64,000 nt of DNA from an uncultured virus (IMG/VR IMGVR_UViG_3300027833_000020) (taxonomy: Duplodnaviria; Heunggongvirae; Uroviricota; Caudoviricetes): IMG/VR virus record IMGVR_UViG_3300027833_000020, one strand, 5' to 3'. The stretch's first letter is position 1. The number at the start of each line of letters is the position of its first letter. The translations under genes were made by a program, and so were the position numbers. The notes below the pieces were generated by a model. It did not search any database and was not told the DNA's origin. It was given only the letters and a program-made list of their open reading frames with translations. Below, piece by piece: positions 58,001 to 64,000 of this stretch.

Positions 58001-58922
58001 CAGTATTTGCACTACCTTGTTGAACAAGATCGTATGAACCGTTTTGAGTAGCATCTGTTTGATCTTTAACAACTAGGTTATCACCAACATCCCAAGTAGT
58101 AATATCGTCGATATAAAGAATATTTACTGGATCAATGGTAAGTGTGTCTGAGTATGTAGTATTGCCGCTGGCAAATGTAGCTCCAAGATCACTTGTAGTA
58201 GCACCAAGTGCTGATGGTCGCACTACAAGACCTTTTACAATATTATCTACATATCTTTTATTAGTAGCATCAGAGGGAAGAATAGGATCATCAAACACCT
58301 TAATGGTTGTTACTACACGACCTAATTCAAATTCTAAATATCTTTTGTTAACTACATCTAATGTGTCAACAGGATCTTCAACATTAATAACTCGGTGTGT
58401 ACCGATATTAACTACAGCATCTGACAATGCTAAGTTTAGATTAAGATCTCCAGGCGCAGATATCGTATTAGCAGAAATACTAAATTCACCTATCTCTGCA
58501 AGAGTTAGATCTCTTAATTCTGAAGTTGTTCCACCTAGTGTAACTTCTGTACTACCAAGTGTAATATTTTTAGAACCAATAACATTACTATCGAGTATAA
58601 AGTTATTAGCGTTTAAACCTGAGGTTGTAAACGAAGTAGCGTGACCAAATTGATCAAACGTAGCGTTGTGTACAAATTGTAAATTACCGTTAACAGTATT
58701 TGCAATAGAACTTGTATTTGAATGGGATATAACTAGATTTGCGGATTCAACATCACTTTCTGGAGTAATGATAATACCTTGGCCGCCGTCTATGGCGCGA
58801 ACATATTCACCAACTGTATCTATTCCTAGTGCAATAGAATCAGGAACGATGACCGGTCTTTTCTCGCCTGCTGCTACTAGACGAATGTTTCTAGTTTGAC
58901 CAACTTTAACTTTTACGGTCAC
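55032..58922 (-). CDS. large fibre-like virion structural protein
   Basis: 1296 aa; DA..K.YVD repeats, G..RFN...G.FEGYDG..W x2, VKDQT....NGSY x2, ends LDGGTF. Confidence 0.8.
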   Translation of the reverse strand: MTVKVKVGQTRNIRLVAAGEKRPVIVPDSIALGIDTVGEYVRAIDGGQGIIITPESDVESANLVISHSNTSSIANTVNGNLQFVHNATFDQFGHATSFTTSGLNANNFILDSNVIGSKNITLGSTEVTLGGTTSELRDLTLAEIGEFSISANTISAPGDLNLNLALSDAVVNIGTHRVINVEDPVDTLDVVNKRYLEFELGRVVTTIKVFDDPILPSDATNKRYVDNIVKGLVVRPSALGATTSDLGATFASGNTTYSDTLTIDPVNILYIDDITTWDVGDNLVVKDQTDATQNGSYDLVQQGSANTAWVFQRTVWSNEDSEIPGSYEFVTDGTQNGQTGWVITVEDASSFNINDDNINWTQFQGEGTFTAGNGLTLNGTQFNVDSTLPLTAITPTGTGDVLTINGDGALTLPTGESSDRPTAAQGMVRFNSTDGQFEGYDGIAWSGLGGVIDVDQDTKIVAETSPGSDNDQIQVFAGGTLSATFGDTRVDFTGDVGIAGNLTIGDQDSDTVAFAADVTSHIIPDQDRIYSLGSASKNWHKIHVDTVASSDGVINMDGTGAVKFPSANTALRPVGPAGMLRFNTEEGRFEGYDGSIWAGLAGSVIDLDKNTFIIAETSAGANNNELDFYTDAIQRMQIGATGDLTFGSNLDKLIINYNTGDMFVNGKLTATNNLVIDPVGNIDVNSNVLTGLPNPVNPTDAVNLGYLDTQFSSGLTIIDQANTYADGVNLLASPTLDLGRGLELIELDTANNVLKFGLDAPMVGSEGMYGTDGFTPRIRITEDGRIDFATEIPLELQANAIPNFTETSRDIIGLMFTDGTHEGVSVVNDDPNDVIHIYANDFNIVLDGDLSGQSTVSRLTNTTVTANITADYISHVTSDGANTGIIVTHTAGPSSNSAIELDYTELNTRYITTSGGTSTEDIIAPRFVDENDNQFYVDPNGISRLNKVEFGYGSTFAEIKMRDGPGSFSHFYASQGKIGFLNNTFNYASYSDKATGDWVVAKDVRAEKFVDVDSTSYFLHPGGTDSLLKALQVEDNLVAGNISVISSTISTAAGDIILDPTGNLDVNNNLITNVADPVSLQDAATKSYVDSVAQGLRIIPAALAATVADLVATYSLGTLTDAAGATSAFTLDGVTDWNIGDKVLVKDQTTASENGSYELTTIGDANTPWVLTRGEYFNETSEIPGAFQFITDGTVNNGTGWVAQVADTETFVLDTDAVTFYQFSGAGTYSAGEALTLTGTTFSVTNPNISFAADNGSNDVVTLGETITIAGVDGVDTTVSDNNISIAVNELDGGTF

Positions 58923-58924
58923 AC

Positions 58925-59251
58925 TTATACCTCCGTAATTGTTGATATGACTGTTGCTAGTCCATCAACGATTTTTGACAATTCCCCGGTTGGTTTTTTC
59001 ATAATAACGTCGTATTGATATTTTCCTGGTTTTAGCTGTGCAGTTATATCTGCATCGATTACTAAAGTAATATCATTACTATTTTTTTCAAATTCAAACT
59101 CAGCGGCTCTTTTTGAAGAGTACAGTTTTCTTATATCCCCATAGAAAGAATAATTTGAGATCGGTAAATCTAGATCGTCATCATCGAACAATTCGACGGT
59201 TAATCTAAAATCTGTACCTTGATCTATGTAGATGTTTAGTTGAGAACTCAT
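58925..59251 (-). CDS. small virion structural protein (BppU-like)
   Basis: N.YIDQGTDF, IRK.YSS, T..LKPG.Y.YDV and ..V.G.A.V....T. Confidence 0.7.
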   Translation of the reverse strand: MSSQLNIYIDQGTDFRLTVELFDDDDLDLPISNYSFYGDIRKLYSSKRAAEFEFEKNSNDITLVIDADITAQLKPGKYQYDVIMKKPTGELSKIVDGLATVISTITEV

Positions 59252-59285
59252 TATGTTATATCTCTTTTATTAAACCATTTTTCTT

Positions 59286-59293
59286 TATTTATA
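59286..59293 (-). promoter_or_regulatory. T4-type late promoter
   Basis: TATAAATA. Confidence 0.7.
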
Positions 59294-59316
59294 ATAGAGC
59301 GACCACAGGTTAAGCT

Positions 59317-59341
59317 AAAAAGGAGGCACTAGGCCCCCTTT
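59317..59341 (-). terminator. rho-independent terminator after the collagen-like gene
   Basis: Minus strand reads GGGGGC-ctagt-GCCTCC-TTTTT. Confidence 0.7.
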
Positions 59342-59362
59342 AAAGTGTAAGTATAAATTCTA

Positions 59363-62300
59363 TTAACCTTTAAGATCGTTAACTTCGTCTTTAAGTTCTT
59401 TAATCGCTTCTACTATGAGGGCAGTAATGTTACCATAAGCAACACTCTTAATTCCTTCATCATTCTCTGATACAACTTCTGGTAATACTTTTTCAACTTC
59501 TTGAGCAATGAAACCAGCCTTTCTAACTCCAGGTCTTGATTTCATTTCAAAGTAAACACCCCGTAAATCACAGACTTTTTCAAGAGCAGTATCAATTGAT
59601 ACTATATTATCTTTCAGTCTTTCGTCTGAGTTGGCATTCACATCACCAGTTGCAGTAAAGTCACCAGTTGTTTGATCGAATGTAAATATATCAACACTAC
59701 TGTCATTCGTGAATCTAATCTTAGTCATATTAGATGTTGAACCTTTTACTAGTAATGCACTAGTAGCAGCGTTGTATACTAATGACGTATAAGGAGAACT
59801 AACAATACTACCTAAGCCTATTACAACATCGTCTGGTACGTGTAGAGAACCTTGGTTGCCTTCAATACCAGAGGCGGTTAGTGTACCAACAACAGTAAGA
59901 TTACCTTCAACTTGAATATTTTCTACTGTTAATTCATCTACATCATTAGTATAGAAGAAGTTAGATTCACCGTTTGGATTCGGACCTGTTGTACCCATAA
60001 TTGGTCTAGACGGATTACCACCTTCGAACATAGCCATGAATACAGGAGTATCTTGTAATCCAGTATCGTGAATGTTTTGTAAGTTGTTAACTCCACCTTC
60101 AGGACCAAATCCTTGTGCACCTTGAGTACCTTGGAAACCTCTTTCACCTTGGAAACCTTGAGCAGCTTGTGTACCTTGAATACCCTGCGTACCTTGTCCT
60201 GGGAAACCCTGAACACCGAGATCGCCTTGGAAACCTTGATGTCCTTGTAAACCTTGATTACCAACTCCTGGAGGACCTTGGAAACCGAAGTCACCTTGGA
60301 AACCTTGAGCACCTTGATTACCGTCGTTACCTAATCCACCGTCGATACCTTGGAAACCTTGAATACCTAAGAAGCCTTGAACACCCTGTGAACCGCCTTC
60401 GCCTAGATCACCGACTAAACCTTGCATCCCTTGGAAACCATAGAAGCCTTGAACACCTGTATCACCGACACCGGCTGAACCTTGGAAACCTTGAATACCT
60501 TGATTGCCTTCACCTCCAAGTCCTTGGAAGCCTTGAGCACCGTCGTCGCCATCGATACCTTGCACACCTTGTACACCAGCGTCACCAACACCTTCGTTTC
60601 CTTGAAGACCTTGAATACCCTCGTCACCTGTAGTACCTTGAATTGATTGTGGACCTTGGATACCCTGAAGACCAAATCCTGCTGGACCATCGTTTCCTTG
60701 GACACCTTGATGCCCTTGTAAAGCATCACCTTGTATACCTTGGAAACCTTGTATACCAGTTGCGCCAACACCTGCAAAACCTTGCGAGCCGTCGAATCCC
60801 TGAACACCTTGAATTTCCATACCTTGGAAACCTTGGATACCTTGTGATCCTTGGAAACCTTCATCACCGTCAGCACCAGCAACACCTTGCATGCCTTGTG
60901 GGCCTTGAACACCTTGTGAACCTTGAGTACCATCTCCGCCAACAAATCCTGATTGTCCTTGGAAGCCTTGAGTTCCTTGCAATCCTTGCGTGCCTTGAGT
61001 ACCAGCTTCGCCTGGTCCACCTTGAAGACCTTGTGATCCTTGGAAACCGTCAAAGCCTTGGAAACCTTGAGTACCGCTTGGACCAACATCACCTGTTCTA
61101 GCGAATGTAATAATAATATCTGCATCATTAGCAAAATTTGATACTGAACCACTTACAAAAGCTGCATCAATATCAAAGTAACCTGAAGTTTCAGTTAAAC
61201 CAGATATAGTGAAGATCAAAAAGTTTTCTGGAGCACTTTTTTCTGATACTTTAAAGTGACCCTTGATAGGGCTTGTTGAATCATCGACTGTTCTAAGGAA
61301 CGGCTGAATATCTACAAAGTTATCATCTCTATCATCGATGAACATTTTGGATACTGAGCCCATTGTGCCATTGTTGAATTTTAAATAACCTGGAGTAGGA
61401 TCAGTTGCTGAAGTATCAGTAGAATAAGTATAATCGAATGTTACACCACCAAATCCACCAGTACCACCTTGTAAACCACCTGTACCTTGTAAACCATAGA
61501 ATCCTTGAACACCCTGCGGGCCAATAGGACCTGGGAAGCCTTGAACACCTAAGTCACCTTGTATACCAAAGATACCTTGAACACCTTGAGTACCAGCTCC
61601 AGTTTCACCTTGTAAACCTTGGATTGATTGTGTACCCTGAACACCTTGTAAACCTTGAATACCTTGTAAACCAATATCACCAGCTCTTGTAAAAGTAAAG
61701 ATAATATCAGTGTTGTTTGTAAAATACGTAGCGTCAGCATTAGTAGATTTTGTTAGATACGTAATATTAAAATTGTAATATGCAGCATTTTCTGTTAAAC
61801 CAGTTAAGCTATATAATAAGAATTCTGCTGGATCTGAGATTGATACAATTTTAATGTAACCTTTAACTGCAGAACCACCATCATCTAAACTTCTTAGATA
61901 AGCGTCAATATTTGAACCGTTAGTTTCGGTATCAGATATACGCATGATTGAAGCTAATGTAACATCAGCGTTGTTAAATTTAATTAATCCACTTGCAGGA
62001 CCTGTAGGCGTAACATCTGGAGTATAGTCATATTCGAATGATGCTCCACCGTATGCACCAGCAATACCCTGTGCTCCTTGAGTACCTTGGAATCCTTGAA
62101 TACCCTGAACACCTTGTGCTCCTTGAGTACCTTGGAATCCTAAGAAACCTTGAACACCTTGTGAACCGGTTATACCTTGGATACCAGCATCACCGCGTGG
62201 AACAAAGTTAATTAATGTTTTAGGACCGTGGCCACCACCGATTACATCAGTAGCCCAACTTGTGCTTGTTACACCGTATTGGCCAACATAAGTAATATCG

Positions 62301-64000
62301 AACCAACCAAAAGTTTTACCACTGCCGTCCCAAGTAAAGTTTGAGAATTCGTATACAACCTGATGGTGTCCTGCAGGACCAGTGCCATCATCGAAACTTT
62401 CGATTACAATAAGACCTTTACTAGCTCCAGGAATTGCAGCTAACCAATCAAACGTTTCATCAATATCGTTAGTGTAGTTATCTAAAGGAACGTCGTCAAG
62501 CGTTAAGATTGTAGCAGTTGTAATATCGTTTGTATTAAGTTTCCAACCGCTTGTGCCTGGATCAGTAGATGCTGTAATATTACTTACAAAGTTCCACTCG
62601 TGAGTTAAACCACCGTAGTGACCTACTGCACCTTGAATGCCTTGAATGCCCTGATGGCCTTGTGTTCCTTGGAATCCTTGTGTACCAACGTCGCCTTGTA
62701 AACCCTGAAAGCCTTGGAAACCTTGTGTGCCCTGATGTCCTTGCGTTCCTTGCATCCCTTGAGCACCTTGTGTGCCCTGATGTCCTTGAGTACCTTGTGC
62801 GCCTTGGAAACCTTGATCGCCTTGTAAGCCCTGTACACCTTGAGTTCCTTGCATCCCTTGAATGCCGGTAAAGCCTTGAATACCTTGTGCAGCTTGTGCA
62901 CCTTGAATGCCTTGAACACCCTGTAAGCCTTGTACACCTTGAGTTCCTTGCGGGCCCTGTAGCCCTTGAGTTCCTTGAATACCTTGATCACCGGCTAAGC
63001 TGAATGCAACGAGAGTCGGAAGCTGTTGAGTAACACCAGCAGTTGGAGTATTTAATTGAACAAAATCACTCTTAATACCATCGCCTGATAAGAAAGTAAC
63101 ATCTAATTCCCAATAACCAGTTCTATCAGTTGCTCCCTGAATTTGGAAGATCATATAATTTGACGGGTTATTACGAAGAGTAACTTTCATAATACCTTTA
63201 TTTGTAGTACCAACTGCTGCTATTGCAGTAAAGAGACCTTCTAAGTTTACACTATAGAAAGCTTCGTCATCGATCCATATTTTTGTAACTGCGCTGAAAT
63301 TATCGGTTGGATTAGCAGCACCGTTCATGATCATATCGCCTGCGCCTGGATCGGCTTCTACAATACCATCGTCTATTCTATATTCTACTACGTGACCAGC
63401 ATCATCTCCACTAAATCCTTGGAAACCTGTATCACCTTGAATGCCTTGAATGCCTTGCATACCTTGGATTGACTGCGGTCCTTGAGTACCTTGGATACCA
63501 AAGTCGCCTTGGATACCTTGGACACCTTGCACTCCTTGTGGTCCCTGTGTCCCTTGCATGCCCTGTACACCCTGCAAGCCTTGAATACCTGTAGTACCCT
63601 GCGGCCCTTGAAAACCTTGGAAACCACGATAACCACGTGAACCCTGAATACCATCTGGACCTCTTTCGCCCTGTGCACCAGTGTCACCTTGTAAACCTGT
63701 AAAACCTTGTACGCCTCGGAATGAACCAACATTAACCCACGTTGTTCCATCATAAACCCAAAGCTCGTCATCAGCTTCATCTATAACTGCTTGACCTACA
63801 GTAGCTGATGCGAAAGCAGTATTTAATGTTGCTTGTGGATCTCCACCTGCGTCAACATCTGCAACTGACCCAATAACATCAAAACCAGGACCGTATGTGC
63901 CTTGCAGACCTTGAATTCCGCCGTCACCTTGTAATCCTTCTGTTCCTTGTATCCCTTGACCAACCGCGTTCCAAGCGGTACCGTTTGAAACATAAATTAA
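59363..64000 (-). CDS. collagen-like (Gly-X-Gln) fibre protein with C-terminal peptidase S74 chaperone (5'-partial)
   Basis: Frame stays open beyond 63577 to the window edge (LIYVSNGTAWNAVGQGIQG...); long GxQ tracts; SDERLK.NI...G.IAQEVE...PE.V C-terminus. Confidence 0.9.
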   Translation of the reverse strand, partial: LIYVSNGTAWNAVGQGIQGTEGLQGDGGIQGLQGTYGPGFDVIGSVADVDAGGDPQATLNTAFASATVGQAVIDEADDELWVYDGTTWVNVGSFRGVQGFTGLQGDTGAQGERGPDGIQGSRGYRGFQGFQGPQGTTGIQGLQGVQGMQGTQGPQGVQGVQGIQGDFGIQGTQGPQSIQGMQGIQGIQGDTGFQGFSGDDAGHVVEYRIDDGIVEADPGAGDMIMNGAANPTDNFSAVTKIWIDDEAFYSVNLEGLFTAIAAVGTTNKGIMKVTLRNNPSNYMIFQIQGATDRTGYWELDVTFLSGDGIKSDFVQLNTPTAGVTQQLPTLVAFSLAGDQGIQGTQGLQGPQGTQGVQGLQGVQGIQGAQAAQGIQGFTGIQGMQGTQGVQGLQGDQGFQGAQGTQGHQGTQGAQGMQGTQGHQGTQGFQGFQGLQGDVGTQGFQGTQGHQGIQGIQGAVGHYGGLTHEWNFVSNITASTDPGTSGWKLNTNDITTATILTLDDVPLDNYTNDIDETFDWLAAIPGASKGLIVIESFDDGTGPAGHHQVVYEFSNFTWDGSGKTFGWFDITYVGQYGVTSTSWATDVIGGGHGPKTLINFVPRGDAGIQGITGSQGVQGFLGFQGTQGAQGVQGIQGFQGTQGAQGIAGAYGGASFEYDYTPDVTPTGPASGLIKFNNADVTLASIMRISDTETNGSNIDAYLRSLDDGGSAVKGYIKIVSISDPAEFLLYSLTGLTENAAYYNFNITYLTKSTNADATYFTNNTDIIFTFTRAGDIGLQGIQGLQGVQGTQSIQGLQGETGAGTQGVQGIFGIQGDLGVQGFPGPIGPQGVQGFYGLQGTGGLQGGTGGFGGVTFDYTYSTDTSATDPTPGYLKFNNGTMGSVSKMFIDDRDDNFVDIQPFLRTVDDSTSPIKGHFKVSEKSAPENFLIFTISGLTETSGYFDIDAAFVSGSVSNFANDADIIITFARTGDVGPSGTQGFQGFDGFQGSQGLQGGPGEAGTQGTQGLQGTQGFQGQSGFVGGDGTQGSQGVQGPQGMQGVAGADGDEGFQGSQGIQGFQGMEIQGVQGFDGSQGFAGVGATGIQGFQGIQGDALQGHQGVQGNDGPAGFGLQGIQGPQSIQGTTGDEGIQGLQGNEGVGDAGVQGVQGIDGDDGAQGFQGLGGEGNQGIQGFQGSAGVGDTGVQGFYGFQGMQGLVGDLGEGGSQGVQGFLGIQGFQGIDGGLGNDGNQGAQGFQGDFGFQGPPGVGNQGLQGHQGFQGDLGVQGFPGQGTQGIQGTQAAQGFQGERGFQGTQGAQGFGPEGGVNNLQNIHDTGLQDTPVFMAMFEGGNPSRPIMGTTGPNPNGESNFFYTNDVDELTVENIQVEGNLTVVGTLTASGIEGNQGSLHVPDDVVIGLGSIVSSPYTSLVYNAATSALLVKGSTSNMTKIRFTNDSSVDIFTFDQTTGDFTATGDVNANSDERLKDNIVSIDTALEKVCDLRGVYFEMKSRPGVRKAGFIAQEVEKVLPEVVSENDEGIKSVAYGNITALIVEAIKELKDEVNDLKG

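Noticed and set aside
8452..58899. Many 60-170-aa antisense or out-of-frame ORFs overlapping structural genes
   Set aside because: They are nested in well-supported genes and have the Ser/Thr/Leu-rich composition typical of shadow ORFs.
59938..63780. Long alternative-frame ORFs (KVFKV and LEYL repeats) over the collagen gene
   Set aside because: They are shadows of the 9-bp GxQ periodicity, with no RBS or independent coding signal.
1..64000. tRNA genes or stop-codon reassignment
   Set aside because: No cloverleaf-like sequence was seen in the short intergenic gaps, and core genes are intact under the standard code. A tRNAscan-SE run would confirm.

Overview
A 64-kb AT-rich segment of a large T4-like myovirus genome. 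The host is unidentified; the gene content resembles aquatic T4-like phages. Bases 1-8.4 kb (+) are an early/accessory region of small genes behind seven near-identical sigma70 promoter cassettes, including an exonuclease, a DenV-family protein, DUF932, an APS-kinase-like trio and DsbA. Bases 8.5-28.6 kb (-) hold the T4-type morphogenesis block (gp23, 22, 21, a large core protein, gp20, 19, 18, 17, 16, 15, 14, 13) with TATAAATA late promoters and glycan-modifying enzymes. Bases 43-64 kb (-) hold giant fibre genes. The main finding lies between them (28.6-43.1 kb): nine radical-SAM genes, two 2OG/cupin oxygenases, several unknown proteins and two paralogous ~125-aa proteins. The two small proteins are coupled directly behind a 3,182-aa tail fibre and end in the identical peptide ...YYCHASCHSSCHSSRGRR. 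This looks like a phage-encoded, RiPP-like system that post-translationally modifies fibre-associated proteins carrying (C-H-x-S)3 repeats. That role is inferred and untested. All family calls come from motif recognition by eye; no searches were run.
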